Source: Mobula hypostoma (Eukaryota). Taken from it: a stretch of DNA of 64,000 bases. Below are positions 1 through 11,014 of this stretch, in pieces (position 1 is the stretch's first letter; every line of letters begins with the position of its first letter). A program made the translations under genes and the position numbers. The stretch covers positions 235,044,001 to 235,108,000 of the forward strand of contig NC_086097.1 in the NCBI RefSeq assembly GCF_963921235.1. The letters run 5' to 3'. The notes under the pieces were generated by a model. It did no database searches. It had not been told where the DNA came from and was given only the letters and a program-made list of their open reading frames with translations.

Positions 1-930
1 TATGTCTTTCCTCCTGAGGGGCTGGTCCAGGAGGACACTATGAATGTAATTCACCCTTGGAATGAGGTTGGTTTGATCATATTGTTACTGAACCACAAAG
101 CCCTTTAGGGGGAAGTGCTGGAACCCTGTTGCGCTTGCACGGGAGCGAGCGATAATCCTGTTTCCACCATGTGGGTGCACGGGATCTCTTCAGCAACCTG
201 AAATTATCTATGTATTGGGTGTTGATTAAATGGCATCGTGCACATGTTGCAGAGGTTTTCACTAGGACAAAGGGGTAACATTATAGAACAAACTTGGTTC
301 CAGTCTGCCCTTGCCATTTGTTCTCTGATCCTACAATTTGCTATTAAGCCCTGGCTTTTCAGTACTTTACGCAATCCTCCACATACATCTTCATCATTAA
401 TTTGTTTATAAATCCACACATATATCTCCTCCGCATTTCCACACTTGTTTCGGAGTGGTACCAGGGCTATGAGATGTAACATTAATAAGTGTTGCTGAAC
501 ATATTGGGGAGTATGACTGGCCCAGATGGCCTGTAACCAACCGAGAATTCTGAAATAGTCACTTCAGAATTCCTTCACCATCTGCTAGAGATGTGCTGCA
601 TACTGCCTGCAAAGTCCTAATAGACGGAGGTTCGAAAACTTGATGTGAAATTTGTATTCGGGAAGTTGCAGCTGCTCCCTGAACAGGATCTGGTCCCTGT
701 AATCTTCTTTTTCAGGCTATAATGAATCTTTTTAATAATTCTAGTGCATGTTCCCTAGCATCTGTTCTCCATGTTTCACGAGTACCTCCAGGTCTTACTG
801 GTGTGGGCACTACCTCATGTGGGCTTGACAAAAATACTTGATATCCTCATGCACCAGAATTAGGATATGGGTCACCACGTTCTATCACATAAGCATTTAG
901 CCCTCACCAAGGTCCCTACCAGGTTTCTAT
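1..930 (-). pseudogene. gag: Decayed foamy-virus-like (spumaretroviral) gag, endogenous retrovirus fragment
   Basis: The minus frame from 900 reads ...EPPSIRTLQAVCSTSLADGEGILK*LFQNSR. After a 1-nt frameshift at ~540 it continues WLQAIWASHTPQY...KCGNAEEIYVWIYKQINDEDVCGGLRKVLKSQGLIANCRIREQMARADWNQVCSIMLPLCP (ORF 204..482). Spacing matches the foamy Gag central capsid-like region as recalled from memory. In-frame TGA stops at 849-847, 714-712 and 561-559. Confidence 0.7.
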
Positions 931-1733
931 CTAAAAAGTGGTGTACAGGTGTCCTCCGCTTTTTGAACGTTCGCTTTACGAAACCTCACTGTTACAAAAG
1001 ACCTACATTAGTTACCTGTTTTCGCTAACAGAACGTGTTTTCACTGTTACGAGAAAAACAGCGTGCGATAAAAGGCAGCACGCGCCCCGAGCAGCTGCTC
1101 TCCCCTGGATTCGGAACTGCATTGGAGCTGGCATTCCTTAAACACGTGCCTGTGAGCAGCCATTTGCCAGATGAGTTCTAAGGTATCAGAAAAGACTAAA
1201 AGAACTCGTAAGGGTGTTGCACTTAGCGTAAAACTAGACATAATGAAGCATTTCGATCGTGGTGAACGAAGCAAGGACAAAATGAGTTTGACTTGCAGAA
1301 GTTGACGAAGATGATGTTGAAGAGGTTTTGGCATCCCATGACCAAGAAATGATAGATGAAGAGCTGATGCAATTGGAAGAGGAAAGAATAACAATCGAAA
1401 CCAAATGTAGTAGTGAACAGACCGAAAGTGAAGTCATCCAGGAACTGAACGTAAAGCAACTGCTTGAGATTTTCGCTGCAATGATAAAGTACGACTTTAA
1501 TTTTGAAAGGATACGTCGGTTTAGGGCATATTTGCAAGATGGTGTACAAAGAACTGTATGATAGAAAAATGTGCGAGGCTAGCAGTCAAGCATACTGCTC
1601 GTTTTTCAAGCCTTCCACGTCAGCCACAGCAGACGAATAAAACCTCGACCTTCAACATCGAGGCAGGCAGACATAGAAGAAGATGACCTGCCTGCCCTGA
1701 TCGACGATGAGATGACACCTTTGTGTCCCACAA

Positions 1734-2068
1734 CCCCAACTCCCGGGTCGTGGACAGATACCGATCCGATTCGCGGAGAATGCAGCGATAGCCGGGAGGC
1801 ACCCAGCATGTCTTTAAGAAAAAAGCTGAAATAAACAAGCTAATTAATTAGGTGCTGCCCGGCATGTAAATGTCGGCCCAGATCAGAGACGATTGCCAAT
1901 TGCGTAGCCTTTGATCTGGGCCGACATTTACGTGCCAGGCGGCACCTAATTAATTAGCTTGTTTATTTCGGCTTTTTTCTTAAAGATGTGCTGGGTGCCT
2001 CCCAACCACCGCTGTACCCTTGCATGCTACGTGGATCGGTATCAGTTCACTGCCCAGAGAGTGGGGGC
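1734..2068. repeat. Long inverted repeat inside the Tigger element
   Basis: Core arms ~1794-1889 and ~1907-2003 (GGGAGGCACCCAGCA... / ...TGCTGGGTGCCTCCC). More diverged outer arms extend to ~1734 and ~2068. Confidence 0.92.
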
Positions 2069-2369
2069 CACTGCACCACCCCAACCTCCGACCACTCAGC
2101 CTAACACACCGTCATCGGTGTGCTTGATGCTGTCTCAATTCCAGTGATACTATACTGTACATACAGTATTTCTACTTTATATAGGCTGTGTATTTTTATG
2201 TGTTACTTGGTATGATTTCGTAGCTTCATAGCTTAAAGGTTACTGGAGAGCGTGCTTCTGCCGAGAGCGCTTGCGTGAGATTTTCGCTACGGAGAACAGT
2301 GCAGGCAATCGTTGTAGAGAAGTATTTCTAATTTATATAGGCTGTGTACTTATCATATCATTCCTGCTT

Positions 2370-2869
2370 CGAGTCTGTGGTGGCCAGTGCGATCATGTTT
2401 GCTGTTGTGTGCTGGGGCAGCAGGCTGAGGGTAGCAGGCACCAACAGAATCAACAAACTCATTCGTAAGGCCAGTGATGTTGTGGGGATGGAACTGGACT
2501 CTCTGACGGTCGTGTCTGAAAAGAGGATGCTGTCCAAGTTGCATGCCATCTTGGACAATGTCTCCCATCCACTACATAATGCACTGGTTGGGCACAGGAG
2601 TACATTCAGCCAGAGACTCATTCCACCGAGATGCAACACAGAGCGTCATAGGAAGTCATTCCTGCCTGTAGCCATCAAACTTTACAACTCCTCCCTTGGA
2701 GGTTCAGACACCCCGAGCCAATAGGCTGGTCCTGGACTTATTTTCTGGCACAATTTACATATTACTATTTAATTATTTATGGTTTTATTACTATTTAATT
2801 ATTTATGGTGCAACTGTAACGAAAACCAATTTCCCCCGGGATTGATAAAGTATGACTATGACTTTGACT
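2370..2869 (+). mobile_element. Rex1/Babar-type LINE 3' fragment nested in Tigger
   Basis: ORF 2344..2724 (SVVASAIMFAVVCWG...SHPLH...RHRKSFLPVAIKLYN) resembles the Rex1 C-terminus. Ends in a (TATGAC)n tail. Confidence 0.85.
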
Positions 2870-3065
2870 ATTTTTCTATATGTTACTGTTATTTTAGGTT
2901 TTATGTGTTATTTGACATGATTTGGTAGGTTATTTTTGGGTCTGCGAACGCTCACAAATTTTTTCCATATAAATAAATAGTAATTGCTTCTTCGCCTTAC
3001 GACATTACGGCTTACGAATCGTTTCATAAGTACGCTCTACCTTCGGATGGCGGGGGAAACCTGTA

Positions 3066-4633
3066 TTTCAGATGGATTACACTCCAGGGTCCTGAAAGAG
3101 GTAGCTGAGGAAATTGTGGAGGCATTAGCAGTGACCTTTCAAGAATCATTATATTGTGGAATGGTTCCAGAGGACTAGAAAATTGTAAAATTCACTACAT
3201 TCTTTAAGAAGGTAGAGAGGCAAAGGATAGGAAATTATAGGGAAGTTAGTCAGACTTCAGTGGTTGTGAAGATGTTGAAGTCTGTTATTAAAGATGAGGT
3301 TCTTGGGTTTTTGCAGGTAGATGAAAGAATAAACAAGATTTCCCTTTAAGTGGAAATCTTGCCTGACAAATCTGTCGGAATTCTTCAAAGAAATAACAGG
3401 CAGGAGATACAAGGAGAATCAATGGACATTGTTTAGTTGGACTTTCAGAAGGCCTTTGACAAGTTGCCACACAATTGTATTACAAGGTATTACAAGAAAG
3501 ATACTAGCCTGGATAGGTGGTTGACTGAATGGCAGGAGACAAAGATTGGGAATAAAGGGGGCCTTTTCTGGTTGGCTGCTGGTGACTAGTAGTGTTCCAT
3601 AGGGATCAGTTTTGGGAACCATTTATTTTCACATTATATGTTAATGATTTGGATGATGGAATTGACAACCTTTTGGCCAAGTTTGCAGAAGATATGAAGG
3701 TAGGTGGATGGGCAGGTCGACTATTTTCTAAAATGTGAAAAATCACAGGTGCAACGAGATTTCAGAGTCGTCATGTAGGATTCCCTAAAGGTTAACTTAC
3801 AGTTTGAATCAGTGGTAAGGAAGGCAAATGCAATGTTAGCATTCGTTTTAAGAGGACTAGAATATAAAAGCAAGGATGTAATGCTGAGCATTTATAAAGT
3901 ATTGGTCAGACTGCACTTGGAGTACTGTAAGCAGTTTTGGGTCCCTTTGAAAGGATATTGTGGCATTGGAGAGGATCTAGAGGAAATTCATGAAAATCAT
4001 CTAGGGAATGAAAGGGTTAATATATGCAGAGCACTTACTGGTTCTAGGCCTGAACTTGGTAGAGTTTAGAATAATGAGAGAGGAATTTCACTGAAACATG
4101 TTGAATATTGAAAATCCTATATAAAGTAGATGTGGAGAAGATGCTTCCTATAGTGGAGGAGTCTAGGACCAGAAGGTTCAGCCTCAGAATAGAAGAATGT
4201 CCCTTTAGAACAGAGCTTAGGAGGAATTTCTTAGCCAGAGAGTGATGAATTTTGGGAACTCATTGCTACAGACTACTGTGCAGGCCAAGTGATTGGGGGT
4301 ATTTTTCAAGTGGAGGTTAATCGGTTCTTGATTAGGAAGGGTATCAAAGGTAAAGGGGAATGTGGAGGAGAATAGGGTTGAGAGGGATAATAAATCAGAC
4401 ATGATGGAATAAGAGCATAAGAGCATAAGATATAGGAGCAGAAGTAGGTCATTCAGCCCATCAAGTCTGCTGCGCCATTCAATCATGGGCTGATCCAATT
4501 CTTCCAGTCACCCCCACTCCCCTGCCTTCTCCCCATACCCTTTGATGCCCTGGCTAATCAAGAACCTATCTATGGCAGAGCAGACTCAATGGGTTGAATT
4601 GCCTAATTCTACTCCTATGTCTTATGGTCTTAT
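3066..4633 (+). mobile_element. CR1 LINE, 5'-truncated and decayed
   Basis: RT fragments (DGLHSRVLKEVAEEIV, LDFQKAFDK, KANAMLAF, HLEYC) and a (CTTATGGT)n tail. Interrupted at ~4409-4572 by an inverted CR1 3' end. Confidence 0.88.
4409..4572 (-). mobile_element. CR1 3'-end fragment nested in CR1
   Basis: Tail repeat (CATAAGAG on +) and a CR1 3'UTR in opposite orientation. The host resumes at TGGCAGAGCAGACTC. Confidence 0.8.
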
Positions 4634-5057
4634 ATGACAATACATGAATTGCTAAAAATAGATATACTGTAGATGAAAATATTATAGTTGCACAATGCAC
4701 TTGATTATGGCCTTGCACCTTAATGTCTGCCTGCGTTGCACCTCCTCTAACTGTAACATGTTGTTCTGCATTCTGTTATTTTTTTCACTTTAACCATTTC
4801 AATGTACTGTTCCGATGAAATAATGTGATGTGTTTGTATTTCATCCTTTAGCCCATTGATCCATGCAGAAGTACTACTTCAAATAAAGAATCCCCTTGTT
4901 TATAGGGACAAGGCTGCTGGATGAGTTGAGAAACATCTGCAGTTAGCCATGATGGAATGGTGGAGCAGAGTCGATGGACTGAATGGCCTTATTTGCTCCG
5001 ATGCCTTATGGTCTTATGGTCTTTTCAGCACTGGTGAATGAGCTTGCTGCAAGATGG

Positions 5058-5310
5058 AATACACAAAATGCTTCAAATACTCAGCAGGTCAGGTAGCATC
5101 CATGGAAATGAACAAGCAGTCGCTGTTTTGGGCCGAGAGCCTCCCTCAGGACTTCTGAGGAGTAGCTTCTACTCCTCAGCTTTTTTTTCCAGTTCTACTG
5201 AAGGGTTTTGGCCTGAAACGTCGACTGTACTCCTTTCCTAGATGCTGCCTGGCCCTCTAACATTTTGTGTGTGTTGCTCGGATTTCCAGCATCTACAGAT
5301 TTTCTTTGGT
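5058..5310. mobile_element. Penelope-derived fold-back element with decayed hammerhead motif
   Basis: Inverted arms ACACAAAATG...AGCATC / GATGCT...CATTTTGTGTGT. CAGTT-CTACTGA-AGGGTTTTGGCCT-GAAACGTC-GACTG at 5190-5227. Confidence 0.7.
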
Positions 5311-5510
5311 TTGTCTGGTAAAGTACCTGGGTTAATTCTATGATAGAGGTCTGAAGGGTCTTGAAGGGTCTAAAAAGGGGCAATTTCTTTGTGCAGGTGG
5401 GAATCTTCTCAGGTCGGTTTGTGACTAGTGTTAAGAGTTGGAGCAAGAGACAAGGTAAATGTTATGCTTTTGAATGAAGTGCCTCTTTCAAGTTGGCAAC
5501 ACAGAGGGTG

Positions 5511-5610
5511 TGAGAGAGAGACAGAGAGAGACAAGGAGTGAAACAGAGAGAGAGAGAGACAGAGAGACAGACAGACAGACAGAGAAAAACAGAGCGAGAG
5601 ACAGAAAGAG
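5511..5610. repeat. (GA)n/(GACA)n compound microsatellite
   Basis: Direct reading. Confidence 0.9.
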
Positions 5611-6490
5611 TCTGGAAAAGATGCTACACATCTTCAGTTCCCTCTGACAGTATTTTGTGTGCTGTGGATTAGCCATTGGTTGATAAGCATTATTTTGTTT
5701 CTTTTAATACTTTATTAATCATATTTCTTCCTTTTTGTATTTTATTCTTTATATAACTGTTATAAAGTAATTTCTTACAGCCTTAACACGCGTTCAGTCC
5801 CTCCTTTGCTTGCAGATACGTTTTGCTGCTGAATCAGGGAAGAACAAGGAACGAAGATTTTAAAAAATTTTATTGCAAGGTTTTAGTGGCTTTTGATCTT
5901 CAGCAGTAACCACAACATTCCCCAGAAATTGTCATTTCCAGTACTGATTTAGTTAACTTAACAGCTTAAAGATGGTCTAACATAGAAGCTCAAGGGTTTT
6001 GTTTTTAATTAGCTGAAAGATGTATGACAACTTGAACTTTTTGCCCCTACATTTCATCTTCCATTGTAAATTAGTTTGGATTAGCATTTATATTATTATA
6101 TTAACTTCGTTTTTCTGAAATCCTTTGAGGGGATAGATGATATTGCTATGAATCAATCCAAATAAAAAAAATCTGTAGAATGTCAAAAGTCCATGCAAAT
6201 GTCCTAAACAACTAGAGAACTCAGGTGAATATATGGCTTCCACATAAAGTTTGTCTGCATGTGCATTTCCTATGTGTTTAATATTGGACTGGGATAGAAA
6301 AGATGAGAGAAAAAAAAGAGAGGGAGAGGATAAGAAAAAAGTGTAAAAGAACATCAAAAAAGAGGGAAACAGGTTAAGGGCAAGGGAAAGTGAGAAAAAG
6401 ACAGAAGAAGATAAAAATTGTCCAAGAAATATACCGGTTGTTTTTTAAAAATATATTTAGGTACTGAAATCAGCAATGCTATAATTGGCT

Positions 6491-6683
6491 GCTGGTAAAT
6501 GCAGCAGGCCAGGCAGCATCTCTAGGAAGAGGTACAGTCACGTTTCGGGCCAAGACCCTTCGTCAGGTCTCAGCCTGAAACGTCGACTGTACCTCTTCCT
6601 AGAGATGCTGCCTGGCCTGCTGCATTCACCAGCGACTTTGATGTGTGTTGCTTGAAATTCCAGCACCTGCAGATTTCCTCGTG
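6491..6683. mobile_element. Penelope-derived hairpin element
   Basis: Near-perfect inverted repeat 6491-6633. The minus strand at 6567-6535 has CTGACGA-AGGGTCTTGGCCC-GAAACGT. Confidence 0.78.
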
Positions 6684-7099
6684 AGTGCTATCATTCGATC
6701 AACTTCTGTCTAATCTTGTTCTTGTGAATTGCATGACCAATAGTTAACCTCTTCCTCTTGCATTATCAGATATTTATCATGGATGTTGAAACTGTGGGTT
6801 TTCACAAATAAAACAAAGTGAGGCATTTTATGTTTAAGGGAAAGCGTAACGTACTTTATTGCACTCCAGAACCTGAACACTAAGTGTTCTAAAAGTCCTT
6901 TACATAATTGAGTCATCACTTCAGACCAGCCTCTTTAAGTGAAACCCCAACTCCATGTTGGGGGTTGTGAATTGTGTAAGTTTCCACCAATTACATTACC
7001 CTACAAAACAACCAGGAAGCTAAACTGTACATTCTTTTTATCTTTGTTTTCTTTTCAATATATTGTTATAGTAGGTGCACAAATCTGGTAGCTGAATTG

Positions 7100-8930
7100 C
7101 AGATTTCACTCAACTAAGATCAGCCATAGATGAGTGCGTCCCCATAAAATCATTCAGAGTATTCCCTTACTAGAAGGCCTGGATGAAGCATGAGATTCAC
7201 AATTTGGTGAGGACCAGATCAGTGCCATTCAGGACTTGTGACCAGGTTAAATACAAAAGGTCCAGTTGCAATCTCCTGAAAGCCATCCTACACACAAAGT
7301 ACACCACATTTGAGTCACTGAATGATGCTTGACAGCTGGTGGCAGAGCTTGAATGTTATCAACTCCCTAAAGGTAAAACCAAGTGACATACAATAGGTGA
7401 CAACAAGGCTTTGCTCCCACATGAGCTGAATGCTCTATATGCTTGCTTTGACCATTAAAATATGGAACACCCAATGACCTGTGATTTTAATCTCTAAGGC
7501 CAACATGAGAGCATTCTTGAGGAGGGTGAACCCAAAGAAAGCATCTGACCCAGATGGGGTACAAGTACTAAATACCTGTGCTACTCAACTGGCTGGAGTG
7601 TTCACAGATATCTTTAACCTCTTTCTTTACAATCTGAGGTTCACCTACATCAAGCAGGCTTCAATACCAGTGCCTCAGAAGAATGTGGTAACACGTCTCA
7701 ATGACTATTATCCAATAACACTTACATCCACAATGATGAAGTACTTTGAGAGGTTGGTGATGAAACATATTAACACCTGCCTGAGAAGTGACTTGGATCC
7801 ACTCCAATTTGCCTACCATTACAGCAGGTCAACAGCAGATACCATTTCATTCCCTCTTCACTCAATTCTGAAACACCTGACCAACGAAAGTGCATACATC
7901 TGAATGCTCTTCATTGACCACTGTGCAGCATTCAGTACTATCGTCCCTTCAAAACTAATCAATAAGCTTTGAGTCCTGTGCCTCAGTACCTCTTTGTGCA
8001 TTTGGATCCTCGATTTCCTCACTTGCAGATCCTAGCTGAGATTGGCAAAAATTCCTCCTTCACAACCTCCTGCAGCACAGGTGCACACAAGGCTGTGTGC
8101 TTAATCTCAGACTCTACTCGCTTTACACTTATGACCGTGAGACTAAGCACAGCTCCAATGCTGTATTCATGTTTTCCAATGACACCATTGTTGTTGGCTG
8201 AATCAAAGGTTGTGAGGAGTCAGCATGTAGGAGGGAGATTGAAACACTGGTTGAGTTGTGCCACAACAACAACCTCTCACTCAATGTCAGCAAGACAAAG
8301 GAGAGGATTATTGACTTCTGGGGGGAGGAAACTAGTGGTCCATGAGCCAGGCCTCATCAGGGAATCAGAATTGGAGAGGGTCAGGAAATTTGAATGTCTT
8401 GATGTTATCATTTCACAGGATCTGTCCTGGGTTCAGCCTTTATGAACAAAGCATGATAGTGCCTCTCCTTTCTGAGTAGTTTGTAAAGATTTGGCAGGTC
8501 ATCTAAAACTTTGAGAAACTTCTATAGATTTATGGTGAAGAGTATATTGACTGGTTGCATCATGGCCTGGTATGGGAACACCAACGCCCATGTAATAACC
8601 CACAAGATTAATGCATATGTTCCAGTCCATCACAGATAAAGCACTCTCCACCACTGAGCACATCTGCATTGAGCATTGTCACAGGAAAGCAACATCCATC
8701 ATCAAGCACCATCCAGGCCATGATCTCTTCTCACTGATGTCATTAGGAAGAAGGTACTGAAGCCTCAGGACCCAACCACTAAGTTCAAGAACAGTTATTG
8801 CCCCTCAATCATCAGGCTCTTGAACCAGAAGGGATAACTTCACTCAACTTCATTTGCCCATCACAGAACTATGGACCCTCTTTCAAAAACTCTTCATCTC
8901 ATGTTCTCGTTATTTATATTTTATTGTTGT
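7100..8930 (+). mobile_element. Rex1/Babar LINE, decayed
   Basis: ORF 7481..7903 (VNPKKASDPDGV, LNDYYPITLTS, LDPLQFAY) plus downstream RT and 3'UTR remnants. Confidence 0.85.
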
Positions 8931-8942
8931 TTTTAAAAACAC

Positions 8943-9515
8943 ATTATTTTTCTCAGCCCAAGCTGGTAAAACCTGAGGTGCGAATATAGCCATGCACACT
9001 CATTTCTCAATTGCTAGGAACTTTCAAACTATTCTAGTGGTGTTTAGTATTGTGGTTTTCTGAAGATTTACATAGATATTGCTGTGTGGCCCTGATTGTT
9101 TAATGCTATTGTGTAGTGACTTTGGGATGATACCAGTTATAGATACTACTATCGGGACAATGTATACCTTGTTCATGTTCCAAAGTTCTTTAATTTCCTC
9201 TTTTAATTCTGCAAATTTCTGGTGTTTTTCACTTATTGATTTCCGTATGTTATGTGTGTTTGGAATAGCTATATCTATTAAGTAAGTTGTTCTTGCTTGT
9301 TTATCCTGTGTTATTACATCCAGATGATTATTATGTATTGTACTACCTGTAATAAATGATCAGTCATAATGTAATTTGTGGTACTCTGATTCTAAAACTG
9401 GATCAGGCTTGTATTTATAGTAAGGTATGATATCTTTTATGAGTTTGTATTTTAAAGCAAGATTTTGTTGAGTATTGCTTGCCACTTGATTGTGCCTATA
9501 TAAGTAATCAGATTA
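8943..9515 (-). mobile_element. R4/Dong-clade non-LTR retrotransposon 3' end (restriction-like endonuclease domain)
   Basis: Manual translation DYLYRHNQVA...NNHLDV...TYLIDIAIPNTHNIRKSISEKHQKFAELKEEIKELW...IVPIVVSITG shows the RHN / D-x-A-I-P / K-x-x-K RLE pattern, with internal stops. Confidence 0.8.
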
Positions 9516-11014
9516 CATCGAATAAAGGTAGATGAATCCCCTGAGCCTGACAAGATATTTCCTCAGACCTTAAGAGAGACTAGTGTAGAAATTGCAGGGG
9601 ACTCGGCAGAAATATTTAAAACGTCCTCAGCCACAGGTATGGTGCCGGAGGATTAGAGGGTAGCTCATGTCGTTCAGTTGTTTGAAAAAGGTTCCAAAAG
9701 TAAACCAGGTAATTACATGCCGGTGAGCCTGACATCAGTGGTAGGTGAATTATTGGAAGGCATTCTGAAAGATTGGATATCCAAATATTTGGACAGCCAA
9801 GGGCTGATTAAGAACAGTCAGCATGGCTTTATGCATGGTAGATCATGTTTAACGAATCTCGTAGAGTTTTCCGAGGAGGACAGCAAGAAAGTAGATGAAG
9901 GAAAGGCTGTGGATGTTGTCTACATGTACTTTAGTAAGGCCTTTGATGAGGTCCCACTTGGGAGGTTAGCTCAGAAGGTTCAGACACTAGATATCCATGG
10001 AGAGGTTGTAAACTGGATTCGAAATTGGCTGTGTGGGAGAAGACAGAGAGTATAGTGGATGATTGCTTATCAGACTGGAGGCCTGTGACTAGTGGTGTGC
10101 CTCAAGGATCTGTGCTGGGACCATTGTTGTGTGTTGTCTATATCAATGATCTAGATAATAATGTTGTAAATTGGATCAGCAAGTTTGCTGATGACACTAA
10201 GATTGGAGGCGTTGTGGACAGCGAGGAAGGCTTTTAAAGCTTGCAGAGGGATCTGGACCAACTGGAGGGGTGGGCCAGAAAGTGGTAGATGGTTTAATGC
10301 AGACAAGTGTGAGGTGTTGCATTTTGGAAGGACAAATCAAGGTAGGACATACACAGTAAATGGTAGGGCACTGAGGAGTGTGGAGGAACAAAGAGATCTG
10401 GGAGTTCAGATCCCTGAATCCCTAATTCCCTGAAAGTGGCGTCACACATAGACAGGGTTGTAAAGAAGGCTTTTGGCATCCTGGCATTCATAAATCAAAG
10501 TATTGAGTATAGGAGTTGGGATGTTATGGGGAGGTTGTATAAAACATTGGTGAGGCCAAATTTGGAGTATTGTGTACAGTTCCGGTCACCTAACTATAGG
10601 AAGGATATCAGTAAGATTGAAAGAGTGCAAGGAAGATTTACTAGGATGTTGTCGGGTCTTCAGGAGTTGAGTTACAGGGAAAGATTGAACAGGTTAGGAC
10701 TTTATTCCTTGGAACGTAGAAGAATGGGGAGATTTGATAGAGGTTTACAAAATTATGAGGGGTATAGACAGATTAAATGTGAATAGGCTCTTTCTACTCA
10801 GATTAGGAGAGATAAACATAGAACATAGAACATAGAATAGTACAGCACAGTACAGGCCCTTCGGCCCACAATGTTGTGCCAACCCTCAAACCCTGCCTCC
10901 CATATAAGCCCCCACCTTAGATTCCTCCATATACCTGTCTAGTAGTCTCTTAAACTTCACTAGTGTATCTGCCTCCACCACTGACTCAGGCAGTGCATTC
11001 CACGCACCAACCAC

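Larger units (their letters stand above)
946..3063 (+). mobile_element. Tigger/pogo DNA transposon, internally deleted
   Basis: TA at 944-945 and 3064-3065. Imperfect TIRs CAGGTGTCCTCCGC / GCGGGGGAAACCTG. ATG 1171 MSSKVSEKTKRTRKGVALSVKLDIMKHFDRGE (CENP-B-type HTH start) is joined to the acidic Tigger C-terminus (ORF 1328..1561). No DDE domain. Confidence 0.88.

Noticed and set aside
5310..5850. Possible LTR remnant of the foamy-like provirus
   Set aside because: No TG...CA termini, TSD or PBS could be identified.
6088..6420. Minus-strand polypyrimidine tract, AG acceptor and 89-aa ORF
   Set aside because: No convincing donor or homology. The low-complexity purine tract explains it.
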